A stretch of DNA of 10,127 bases from a virus (lineage: Duplodnaviria; Heunggongvirae; Uroviricota; Caudoviricetes). A program made the position numbers and the translations under genes. The notes beneath the pieces are model-generated. The model worked only from the letters and a program-made list of their open reading frames with translations. It did no database searches and was not told the DNA's origin. Location: IMG/VR virus record IMGVR_UViG_2778261152_000007; one strand, given 5' to 3'. Of this stretch, positions 1 to 7,488 are shown one piece after another (the stretch's first letter is position 1; every line of letters starts with the position of its first letter).

Positions 1-99
1 CCCGACATAGCCCCACTGTTCGTCCATTTCCGCGCAGACGATGACGTCACTGCCCGGCTGTATGCGCGAGGTTACCGACTGCGGCCTGAGTTTTTTAAG
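1..99 (-). CDS. insB: IS1 InsB reading frame, N-terminal portion only (rest lies beyond window start); expressed as InsAB' by -1 frameshift
   Basis: Minus-strand translation in the -1 frame relative to insA gives [33 protein letters not shown], the start of IS1 InsB. It overlaps the insA 3' end at the A6C slippery site. Confidence 0.85.
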
Positions 100-347
100 T
101 GACGTAAAATCGTGTTGAGGCCAACGCCCATAATGCGGGCAGTTGCCCGGCATCCAACGCCATTCATGGCCATATCAATGATTTTCTGGTGCGTACCGGG
201 TTGAGAAGCGGTGTAAGTGAACTGCAGTTGCCATGTTTTACGGCAGTGAGAGCAGAGATAGCGCTGATGTCCGGCGGTGCTTTTGCCGTTACGCACCACC
301 CCGTCAGTAGCTGAACAGGAGGGACAGCTGATAGAAACAGAAGCCAC
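72..347 (-). CDS. insA: IS1 InsA (transposition repressor / N-terminal part of InsAB' transposase), GTG start
   Basis: 91-aa translation [22 protein letters not shown]...LKNSGRSR matches IS1 InsA as I remember it. GTG start at 347..345, TAA stop at 74..72. Confidence 0.95.
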
Positions 348-375
348 TGGAGCACCTCAAAAACACCATCATACA

Positions 376-1413
376 CTAAATCAGTAAGTTGGCAGCATCA
401 CCAAGCTGGGCTATATCCGTCGTACTTGCGTTACTTGATTTTCTGGAATCCCCGGAAGCATCTGGATAAATATAAATTTCCCTCACTTTCCGGTAATCAT
501 TCCCATCATACAGCCAGAAGCGTTCTTTAATGATGCGGATCATATCCGGCGTATCGTAGGCATTGATGATTTCAGTTACCGCACATGGAAGCCCCAAACG
601 CAGCACATGGACGATTCCCGCCATCTTTCCAACGTTAAAATCCATCCCAATATAAATCGGCTCCCCTGGCTGCTCCACTTCTTCGCAATTATTCAGTTTC
701 CGGTCAAACTGATGGTAAACAGTACCACTTGTCAGGTTAGTAAACTGTCCTCGAAGATAGGCTTTAATCAGCTCTGGAGGGTATGATTCAAGAAGCGAAG
801 GAATGTAATCTGCTGGCAGGTTCTTTTCATTATCGAAAGTAGATGCCTGCACCAGACCATACAGTGAGGCCAGCTCTGTTTTTTCACGCACGGCTTTAAC
901 AAACTGCTCGTAGACAAATTTGAATCCTTCCGGCGTGGTTGTAACGTCAATACCGTTGCGAAGTCCATCAATCTTATAACGCATACGTGCAATTATCTTG
1001 CGCCACGCCGTTCTGGCTTTTTCCTTCGGCAAAATGTCCAGTTCATCCACCAACGCATTACCAATTTTGAAACCGACGATCGTTTGTGGCTTCTCCATCG
1101 ATCTGCAGATAGTGGTTCCCCGATACTGGCGTCCGTAATAAAAGTGAACCTCTTTATTTCCCTCATTAATTTTTACGTTCAATCCCCAGTCAGCAGCAAC
1201 TTCTTCCACTGTAGGGTAAAAAATATCGCGAATTTGGGGATACGTTGGCGCAAAATATCCCTGATTTATACCTGGATGCTCCCAAATCCCCTTGCATATG
1301 CCGCCACACCCAACCCATATTTTGCCCGAGCCAAAACCAGCAATATAGGCTTTAAATTTATGGGGCATTGAAAGAAATCGCGCCTGAGGCACATTAAGCG
1401 TCGGAGAGATCAT
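376..1413 (-). pseudogene. Phage terminase large subunit, 3'-truncated by IS1 insertion; native part 403..1413, last 8 codons plus stop come from IS1
   Basis: Translation carries a Walker A-like AGFGSGKI, a Walker B-like ALVDELD and the first two acidic motifs of an RNase H-like nuclease domain (IYIGMDFN, IYIYPDASG). The reading frame runs straight into the IS1 terminus at 402/403 and ends GDAANLLI-stop inside IS1. Preferred start is the ATG at 1413 (AAGGAG 8 nt upstream); the track ORF begins at a GTG at 1422. Confidence 0.8.
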
Positions 1414-2488
1414 CTTCATCACTCCTTACTCTGGCATCAACCACATTAATATTGATCGCCACAGGCTGGGGATGTTCATTATCTTCCACCGTTTCGATCT
1501 CTTTGCGCAGCTTCTGGTTTTCCATTCTGCGCCGTTCAATTTCCAGTTCCTGTAGCCGTTTATCTGCACATAAAGCCCCGCCAGCAGAAAACAAACGCAA
1601 CAATTCACGCCGGGCGGCAGCCTTATCCTCCAGCAGGATCTCAACGCCGAATTTTCCGAATTTTGCCCCTGCATATAATTGCCGCGCATCCCCATCAAGC
1701 AGAGTGGTATCAGCCATATAAAGCTGTCCCGTTCCCTCACCGCAGCACTTCGGGCAGTCCGGATTGGGTATGGCGTTATCAACAAAGCCGAGGCCTCCAT
1801 ATTCCGGTTCGGGTTTGCCATCTCTGGAAGCCTGCGCCGCTGCCTTGTCGAATTCTGCTATATCGCGCCACTGGTAGAGATGATTCTCGCCCCAGCAATA
1901 ACGGCAGTTAACACGGCGAAATTGTGCAAGCTGATTGGGGTCGGCCAGGACAATAGCCATCAACTGACTCACTAGTAAATCCAGGTCTGCGGTATAGCGT
2001 TTCTGGTACTGATTGCGGAAGTAGCTGATAGCGCGAAAAACCCTGGCATTTCTAAGCATACGACTGGCGTTGCTGTTAGCTGTCGCACCTTGCCCCTCAT
2101 AACCGGCTAGTCGGTACGCCTCTGTCGGCTTTTTACCCTGAGCAACAAGCATCGCAAACTTAGCCTGCTGGTCAGAAATGCCGAATTCATCGGGACAGAA
2201 CGAAAATTCCTCCGCGTCGCCCTCATTCAGGCCCGCATCGAATACTGGCTTTTTTTCCTGAGATTTTTCGTTCCGCTTTTGTGCAGTCTGCGCAGATTTT
2301 TTCTGCGCACTTTTTTGCGCAGTTTTGCACATTTCTGTCTGCGCATTTTTCGGAGTTTTTTTGATGTAACGACGGGCTGTTGCGTAATTCAGTCCCCTTG
2401 CTTCACACCATGCCACCGGAGATATACCGGAGCGGGTGTATTCAGCAATATACTCCTGCTGCAACGCCCCCCAGTCCGGTCTGCTCAT
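1394..2488 (-). CDS. Phage terminase small subunit (Terminase_2-like core with extra N-terminal HTH, AQK low-complexity linker and C-terminal Cys4 zinc-ribbon-like region)
   Basis: Core motif GISDQQAKFAMLVAQGKKPTEAYRLAGYEGQGATANSNASRMLRNARV is typical of terminase small subunits. ATG at 2488 with AGGA upstream. The gene overlaps the terminase large start by about 20 nt. C-terminus has CRYC...CPKCC. Confidence 0.8.
   Translation of the reverse strand: MSRPDWGALQQEYIAEYTRSGISPVAWCEARGLNYATARRYIKKTPKNAQTEMCKTAQKSAQKKSAQTAQKRNEKSQEKKPVFDAGLNEGDAEEFSFCPDEFGISDQQAKFAMLVAQGKKPTEAYRLAGYEGQGATANSNASRMLRNARVFRAISYFRNQYQKRYTADLDLLVSQLMAIVLADPNQLAQFRRVNCRYCWGENHLYQWRDIAEFDKAAAQASRDGKPEPEYGGLGFVDNAIPNPDCPKCCGEGTGQLYMADTTLLDGDARQLYAGAKFGKFGVEILLEDKAAARRELLRLFSAGGALCADKRLQELEIERRRMENQKLRKEIETVEDNEHPQPVAININVVDARVRSDEDDLSDA
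2288..2345. repeat. Short imperfect tandem repeat (CTGCGCA followed by T-runs, 4 copies, ~15-nt period) inside terS
   Basis: CTGCGCA at 2288, 2303, (GCGCAG at 2317), 2339 on the plus strand. On the coding strand it encodes the KTAQKSAQKKSAQTAQK low-complexity stretch. Confidence 0.5.
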
Positions 2489-2491
2489 CAG

Positions 2492-2743
2492 TTAGTCCTG
2501 ATTTTTATCCACCCTGAGTAGTTCGCGCAGAGCAAAGGCATCCCCTTTTCTGGCAAGCTTAAACAATGCCGCTCGTAACTCGGCTTCACCTTTCGCTCTG
2601 CCCTTACGGATGGCCGCATAAAAATCTGTCATTGCTTCCCGATTTTCTTTCAGTCGGTTCAGATCAACATCCAGAACGTCAGCGATTTGTTGTGCAGTCA
2701 TCCGGCACGCTGCCAGAGACTCGACTTTCGAATACGGAATCAT
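2492..2743 (-). CDS. Small helix-turn-helix protein (83 aa), possibly packaging-associated DNA-binding protein
   Basis: ATG at 2743 preceded by GGGGGTGA (near-consensus Shine-Dalgarno). TAA stop at 2492 lies 3 nt before the terS ATG (coupled). HTH-like segment MTAQQIADVLDVDLNRLKE. Overlaps the upstream gene's 3' end by 65 nt. Confidence 0.6.
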   Translation of the reverse strand: MIPYSKVESLAACRMTAQQIADVLDVDLNRLKENREAMTDFYAAIRKGRAKGEAELRAALFKLARKGDAFALRELLRVDKNQD

Positions 2744-3611
2744 TTGTCACCCCCATTGATATGCAGGGTGTCTTCTTCCTGTATTTTTCGTGAAGGATTT
2801 TTACTGCAGCGTTGTTCCAGGTGACCTGATGGTGAATGCGTTTATGGCTGGCACCCATCAGTGAGATTTTTACGCACGACGGCGCATACATGACGGAGTA
2901 AAAACTTTTAACGTAGGTTCCGGAATCCAGATACAGCTCGGTCATTCCGCCGCTGTTTTTCTGCGTCTGTTTCTGCCCTAACTGGACAGCACCGATCGTC
3001 ATAAACAATTCACCACAGCGACCGAGATTCGTGTACGTATTCACATCCTCGTTAATGCGCCCCATGAATGAGAACGGTCGATCAACCGAACAGATAAAGC
3101 TGTTCATTGCCTTGCGTTTCACCCACGAAGCATGGCCGCCATTGTCACCAAGAAAATCCCCGCCCTGCGACATAGCGATGGAAAGAGCAGGTATTGATTC
3201 GTAGTACGCCAGCATTTCAGAAAGGATCGCATCCAGTTTCCTTATCGGAAAATAGGCCTGGTCATAGTTGCGATCCACCCGAAACTGGAACTCGTGATAA
3301 TCATCATCGAGCTGAATGAAGTATTTACACCCGACCAGTTTTGCCAGGTCGAAACAGGCATTACGGGCGTAAAAAATTGAGCGGCGGTCACAGAAATTAT
3401 CGGCTTCGTCAAAACGACTGGCGATATCGGCTTTGGAAAACACCAGCACCTGTTCACCAAATTCAGCCATGTACTGATTCCGTGTCTTATCTTCATCATC
3501 AACAACGATAAAAATTTTCCCGGTATAGCCAGCACGACGCAACGTCCGGTAAGTCAGAACTTTGTCCGGTCGCCCGTGAGTCAGAATAAAGGCGCAAAAA
3601 TCATCACGCAT
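2679..3611 (-). CDS. GT-A fold family-2-like glycosyltransferase (soluble, 310 aa from preferred start)
   Basis: Motifs KIFIVVDDEDK and FYARNACFDLAKLVGCKYFIQLDDDY match the GT2 hallmark (hhhhDDxS ... ARNxG ... hhhhDxDD). Preferred ATG at 3611 has GAGGAGGAGGA immediately upstream and overlaps the ParB-like stop by 8 nt. No C-terminal hydrophobic segment. Confidence 0.7.
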   Translation of the reverse strand: MRDDFCAFILTHGRPDKVLTYRTLRRAGYTGKIFIVVDDEDKTRNQYMAEFGEQVLVFSKADIASRFDEADNFCDRRSIFYARNACFDLAKLVGCKYFIQLDDDYHEFQFRVDRNYDQAYFPIRKLDAILSEMLAYYESIPALSIAMSQGGDFLGDNGGHASWVKRKAMNSFICSVDRPFSFMGRINEDVNTYTNLGRCGELFMTIGAVQLGQKQTQKNSGGMTELYLDSGTYVKSFYSVMYAPSCVKISLMGASHKRIHHQVTWNNAAVKILHEKYRKKTPCISMGVTNDSVFESRVSGSVPDDCTTNR

Positions 3612-4395
3612 ATTCCTCCTCCTCACCACCATGCATGATCTCCACCATGCGCTGCGTCATCCGGACAAATCCATTTTCAATAGCCTGCTGATAATCAATG
3701 ATCACCAGCGCCGACTCCTCGAAAAAACACTGAATTTCAGAGGGGGCGTGAGCGTAATAGTCCGCAATTCTGCTGAAATTAAACACCGTGTGACGTTCTG
3801 CCGCACACAGGAGGAATTTCTCAATATCAGGCTCAAGGGACGCCGAACGTATCCGGCTGATCAGCTCCTGAGTTTTCGTATCGTCGTACAGTTCACTGAT
3901 ATCCGGTTTACCGCCCGACGGCTCATAAACAGGCGTATCAATTTTCGTCGTATACGGCTCCTCCTCATTTCCTGTACCGGGCAAAACATCCGTCAACAGT
4001 TCATCAATTTCTGTCGGGATGAAGCCTGTCAGGGAGACATCAAAATCAGCATTGATTAGGTCCGACAGCTCCATCCGCAACAGATCTTCATCCCAGCCAG
4101 CATTCATCGGCAGGCGATTATCTGCCAGGCGGTACGCCTTTTTCTGCTCATCCGTCAGGCCAGACAGAACAATGACCGGAACAGAATCCATTTTGAGCAT
4201 TTCAGCCGCCATAACACGACCGTGACCCGCAATAATTTCGCCCTTTTCGTCAATCAGCACCGGATTAGTCCAGCCGAATTGCTTAATACTTTCTACCAGT
4301 TGTGCCACCTGCTCAGGGCTGTGCGTCCTGGCGTTGTGCGCATACGGTGACAATTCTTGTAATGGGCGATAGACTATCTTTAATTTCTCGCTCAT
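3604..4395 (-). CDS. ParB/sulfiredoxin-like nuclease-domain protein (263 aa) with uncharacterised acidic C-terminal domain
   Basis: N-terminal IVYRPLQELSPYAHNARTH...IIAGHGRVMAA...KKAYRLADNRL is the ParB N-domain signature; the linker FDVSLTGFIPTEIDELL follows. No methyltransferase motifs in the C-terminal ~130 aa. ATG at 4395, TGA at 3604. Confidence 0.85.
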   Translation of the reverse strand: MSEKLKIVYRPLQELSPYAHNARTHSPEQVAQLVESIKQFGWTNPVLIDEKGEIIAGHGRVMAAEMLKMDSVPVIVLSGLTDEQKKAYRLADNRLPMNAGWDEDLLRMELSDLINADFDVSLTGFIPTEIDELLTDVLPGTGNEEEPYTTKIDTPVYEPSGGKPDISELYDDTKTQELISRIRSASLEPDIEKFLLCAAERHTVFNFSRIADYYAHAPSEIQCFFEESALVIIDYQQAIENGFVRMTQRMVEIMHGGEEEEYA

Positions 4396-4410
4396 ACAGC
4401 CTTGCTTTAT

Positions 4411-4446
4411 GAATAAAACGCACCCCAGCAGCCAGTGCTACTGGGG
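4411..4446 (-). terminator. Putative Rho-independent terminator downstream of trkG
   Basis: Hairpin arms 4423..4432 (CCCCAGCAGC) and 4437..4446 (GCTACTGGGG) form a 10-bp GC-rich stem with one mismatch and a 4-nt loop. On the minus-strand RNA it is followed by UGCGUUUUAUUC. It lies about 90 nt after the trkG stop. Confidence 0.5.
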
Positions 4447-4532
4447 ACGGAGGGGTTGCTGGTAAAGTTAGGTATTGGATCAATGAGTGAGTCAACATAA
4501 TATTAAACTCACAATTATAAATCAGCCATATA

Positions 4533-5990
4533 TTAGGAGCGCCAAAAAAAACCTGAAAACAATATAATAACAGGATAAATTTCAAGGCGACCAAGAATCA
4601 TAGCTATGCACATTAAACATTTTGCAATGTCATTAAGCACTCCGAATGACGATGCAGTAGCCCCAAAACCTAATCCCATATTATTAATACATGCAGCCAC
4701 TGTTGCAAATGATGTAAGAAAATCATATCCCATACCATTTAACACCAGTATAAAAAACACCGTGAAGAGAGTATAAAGAAAAAAGAAACTCCATACAGAC
4801 CTCATTACACGATCTGTAACTATCTTCCCTCCTACATTTACACTCAACAACGCTCTGGGATGAGAAAGCTGATTTATCTCGTGTTTGCTTTGTTTGAAAA
4901 GTATAAGAAATCGAAGTGACTTAATTCCACCACAAGTTGAACCTATACATCCCCCAAAGAAACTTGACAACAGCAAAAACACTATCGTGTGCGTGGGCCA
5001 ACTTGCATAATCCTGCGTAGCTAAACCATTATCAGTGAGCATGGAGCTGGCAAGAAAAAACGAATGAATAAAACTTCCATGCAAGTCATACATACCTATA
5101 TGCCAGACCTGGAAAGAGGTAACAATGATCACCCCTAAGGCTATTAACAGAAAGAAACGAAGTTCAATATCTCTGATTAAAGGTTTTATCGTTTTCCTGC
5201 TAATAACAATATACCAAAGAGTGAAGTTGAAAGCCGATAGCAGGGAAAAAGAACCAGCCACCAGCTCAACCAAATAGTTATTAAAATATCCGATACTCTC
5301 GCTATGAGTTGAGAAACCACCAAGCGAAACTGTGGAAATCCCGTGACAAATAGCATCAAACAAAGGCATTCCTGCAAGTCTATAACAGACAATACAAGCA
5401 ATACCTAATAAAGAATAAGTTATCCACAGTGTCCGTGACGTATCGGCCAGGCGGGGAGTGAGTTTGTCATCCTTAAATGGCCCCGGCATTTCTGACTGAT
5501 AAAGCTTTGCACCACCAATACCCAATAATGGCAATACAGCAACCGCCAGAACAATAACTCCTAAACCACCTATAAAATTTAACTGTGACCGATAGTACAA
5601 ATATGCCCGAGGTAATGAACTAACATCATCAATTACAGTTGCTCCTGTTGTTGTTATTCCAGAAACCCCTTCAAACAGAGCATCAATGAACGTTAAATTA
5701 AGTTCTGAGTCAATCCATAAAGGGAATGCACTAATAACAGAAAACAAAATCCAAAACATTACAATTATAATAAACCCATCACGGGTACGTAATTGAATGC
5801 CAGATTTCTTAGTTGTATACCACGCTCCGCCACCAATGCAAAAAAATATAACGAAAGTTATAAAGAAAACGAACAGGCTTTTTTCTTTATAAAACAATGC
5901 TACAACCATTGGTGGCAACATTGAAAGACTATAGAGCCAAACCAGGAACCCACACATATGAGTAACAACTCTTACATGAGATGTATTCAT
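4533..5990 (-). CDS. trkG: TrkG-type potassium uptake protein (TrkH/TrkG family), prophage moron
   Basis: 485-aa multi-pass membrane protein starting MNTSHVRVVTHMCGFLVW, with the conserved GxTTTGATV and GGxGSTxGG selectivity-filter-like motifs. Matches my memory of Rac prophage TrkG of E. coli K-12. The track ORF begins at an upstream TTG (6008); the ATG at 5990 is preferred. The gene is visibly AT-rich compared with its neighbours. Confidence 0.9.
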   Translation of the reverse strand: MNTSHVRVVTHMCGFLVWLYSLSMLPPMVVALFYKEKSLFVFFITFVIFFCIGGGAWYTTKKSGIQLRTRDGFIIIVMFWILFSVISAFPLWIDSELNLTFIDALFEGVSGITTTGATVIDDVSSLPRAYLYYRSQLNFIGGLGVIVLAVAVLPLLGIGGAKLYQSEMPGPFKDDKLTPRLADTSRTLWITYSLLGIACIVCYRLAGMPLFDAICHGISTVSLGGFSTHSESIGYFNNYLVELVAGSFSLLSAFNFTLWYIVISRKTIKPLIRDIELRFFLLIALGVIIVTSFQVWHIGMYDLHGSFIHSFFLASSMLTDNGLATQDYASWPTHTIVFLLLSSFFGGCIGSTCGGIKSLRFLILFKQSKHEINQLSHPRALLSVNVGGKIVTDRVMRSVWSFFFLYTLFTVFFILVLNGMGYDFLTSFATVAACINNMGLGFGATASSFGVLNDIAKCLMCIAMILGRLEIYPVIILFSGFFWRS

Positions 5991-6127
5991 ATCTAAATAT
6001 TCTTTCAATTATAACCACCTTGCTGCAATATTATGATTATACTGTATAAAATTTAACTCCTCTTAGATCTTACTTCACTGTTCCTTATGAAACAATCATC
6101 AAAATGAATCATATTGTAGTTAAGATT

Positions 6128-6592
6128 TTACTTTAAACACTGCTCGGTTATGTATTGCTGAGCACCTTCAAGTTGGGCCTGCATCATTACCAGTCGTTCC
6201 CGGAGGGTGAAATAATCCCGTTCAGCGGTGTCTGCCAGTCGGGGGGAGGCTGCATTATCCACGCCGGAGGCGGTGGTGGCTTCACGCACTGACTGACAGA
6301 CTGCTTTGATGTGCAACCGACGACGACCAGCGGCAACATCATCACGCAGAACATCATTTTCAGCTTTCGCATCAGCTAACTCCTTCGTGTATTTTGCATC
6401 GAGCGCAGCAACATCACGCTGACGCATCTGCATGTCAGTAATTGCCGCGTTCGCCAGCTTCAGTTCTCTGGCATTTTTGTCGCGCTGTTCTTTGTAGGCG
6501 ATGGCGTTATCACGGTAATGATTAACACCCCATGACAGGCAGACGACGATGCAGATAACCAGAGCGGAGATAATCGCGGTTACTCTGTTCAT
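6128..6592 (-). CDS. Rz: Rz i-spanin (lysis)
   Basis: Translation from the ATG at 6592, [21 protein letters not shown]...[14 protein letters not shown], is close to lambda Rz. Start overlaps the endolysin stop (ATGA). The track ORF starts at an upstream GTG. Confidence 0.9.
   Translation of the reverse strand: MNRVTAIISALVICIVVCLSWGVNHYRDNAIAYKEQRDKNARELKLANAAITDMQMRQRDVAALDAKYTKELADAKAENDVLRDDVAAGRRRLHIKAVCQSVREATTASGVDNAASPRLADTAERDYFTLRERLVMMQAQLEGAQQYITEQCLK
6187..6372 (-). CDS. Rz1: Rz1 o-spanin lipoprotein, embedded in the +1 frame of Rz
   Basis: [53 protein letters not shown] has the lipobox VVGC and proline-rich region typical of lambda Rz1. Lies wholly inside Rz. Confidence 0.85.
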   Translation of the reverse strand: MRKLKMMFCVMMLPLVVVGCTSKQSVSQCVKPPPPPAWIMQPPPDWQTPLNGIISPSGNDW

Positions 6593-7086
6593 TGCTGACC
6601 CCACAAACAGATTTCACGCTCAATCTCACGACGAGTCATGAGACCTTTCCATTGCTTACCGCCAGCATATGTCCAGCGACGTAGCTGATCACATGCGCCT
6701 TTGATATCGCCCTGGTTTATTTTGCGAAGAAGCGTCGATGTTCTGAAATTGCCAGCACCCACGTTGTAAACGAATGAGTAAAGAGCGCCGCGCGTTGTTT
6801 CCGGTATATCGACTTTGATGTACGGGTTAATTTGTCTGGCGACCGTGGCAAGGTCTTTATTCAGGAGGGCTTTGCATTCTGCTTTGGTATACGTTTTACC
6901 GAGCATGATGTCTTTTCCTGTATGCCCGTGACATACAGTCCATACACCAACAATATCTTTGTATGGTATGTAGCTGACACCTTCCAGACCATCGTTACCA
7001 CTTGGGCCAGTGATTAACACTGATGCTATAGCAATTGCTCCGCCACCAATAGCAGCAGCAACGGCTTTTCGTAATGATGGAGGCAT
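6589..7086 (-). CDS. R: SAR endolysin (phage 21 R21-type lysozyme)
   Basis: 165-aa translation [44 protein letters not shown] has an N-terminal Gly/Ala-rich signal-anchor-release segment and a T4-lysozyme-like core. Near-identical to R21 as I recall it. Its ATG overlaps the holin stop (TAATG). Confidence 0.95.
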   Translation of the reverse strand: MPPSLRKAVAAAIGGGAIAIASVLITGPSGNDGLEGVSYIPYKDIVGVWTVCHGHTGKDIMLGKTYTKAECKALLNKDLATVARQINPYIKVDIPETTRGALYSFVYNVGAGNFRTSTLLRKINQGDIKGACDQLRRWTYAGGKQWKGLMTRREIEREICLWGQQ

Positions 7087-7301
7087 TATTCACCTCTCGC
7101 AGCCTTGCGCTTATCTTCTTTAATCTTGAAATAAAGGTTTGTCAGGTACGTCAGCAGGCCAAATACCAAGCTACCCAGCACACCTATTGCTGCCCACTGT
7201 GAGGGCGTGACTTTATCGAGCAGCTGTAAAAACCAGTAGCCAGCACTGCCTGCGGAGGTGCCGTAGGCAATGCCCGTTGTTAACTTATCCATGGATTTCA
7301 T
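7086..7301 (-). CDS. S: Pinholin (phage 21 S21-type class II holin) with dual-start motif
   Basis: 71-aa [71 protein letters not shown] is near-identical to S21 from memory. Met1 and Met4 give the antiholin/holin starts. Strong Shine-Dalgarno GGAGGTGAGG upstream. Confidence 0.95.
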   Translation of the reverse strand: MKSMDKLTTGIAYGTSAGSAGYWFLQLLDKVTPSQWAAIGVLGSLVFGLLTYLTNLYFKIKEDKRKAARGE

Positions 7302-7395
7302 AGCCTCACCTCCGCAAATAACGGATGGTGTACACGGTTCGGAACGAAGAGGAAAGGTATAGAAGTTACATTAGCGTAAGGCTTGAACATCTATT

Positions 7396-7427
7396 CAAAA
7401 AGAAAAACGCCGCGATTATTCTGGCGT
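7396..7427 (-). terminator. Weak candidate intrinsic terminator between the AraC-family gene and the holin
   Basis: On the minus strand, a short stem ACGCC/GGCGT (7407..7411 and 7423..7427) with an 11-nt loop is followed by UUUUUCUUUUU. The stem is short, so this is low confidence. Confidence 0.25.
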
Positions 7428-7488
7428 AGCTGAAAGCATCATACAATTATCAAATACGAAAATTACAAAATCATTAAAACGCATCACG

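Larger units (their letters stand above)
1..402 (-). mobile_element. IS1: IS1 insertion sequence, partial copy (window starts inside insB); IRL terminus at 402
   Basis: Reverse complement of 361..402 reads GGTGATGCTGCCAACTTACTGATTTAGTGTATGATGGTGTTT, the canonical IS1 left inverted repeat. insA and the start of the insB frame follow in the expected order, with the A6C frameshift motif (TTAAAAAAC on minus strand) at about 90..98. Confidence 0.95.

Noticed and set aside
164-376. 70-aa minus-strand ORF inside IS1
   Set aside because: Alternative frame overlapping insA within a well-known IS1 sequence; no known IS1 product corresponds to it.
768-1371. Track ORFs 768..992 (-) and 1084..1371 (+) inside the terminase large-subunit gene
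   Set aside because: Overlapping or antisense frames within a strongly supported CDS; no RBS or recognisable motifs.
1426-2521. Several track ORFs (1426..1821, 1452..1721, 1663..1911, 1679..1975, 2279..2521) within or antisense to terS
   Set aside because: All lie inside the terS coding region in other frames. The 2279..2521 ORF is produced by the low-complexity repeat. None has independent support.
3242-4225. Track ORFs 3242..3535 (-), 3631..4059 (+) and 4019..4225 (+) within the glycosyltransferase and ParB-like genes
   Set aside because: Alternative or antisense frames of well-supported genes with conserved family motifs.
2679-4395. ParB-like protein as a ParB-methyltransferase fusion, or the pair as IbrB/IbrA (ParB-like plus PAPS-reductase-like)
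   Set aside because: No methyltransferase motifs (DPPY, FxGxG) in the ParB-like protein, and no PAPS-reductase P-loop (SGGKDS-type) in the partner, which instead has GT2 glycosyltransferase motifs.
4313-4594. 93-aa minus-strand ORF spanning the trkG-ParB intergenic region
   Set aside because: Overlaps the trkG 3' end, the terminator hairpin and the ParB-like start; better explained as non-coding intergenic sequence.
6009-7488. tRNA genes or a Q-dependent late promoter (pR'/qut) near the lysis cassette
   Set aside because: No cloverleaf-compatible GC-rich ~75-nt segment or recognisable pR'/tR' arrangement seen by eye; Q itself is not in the window. This cannot be excluded without tRNAscan-type computation.
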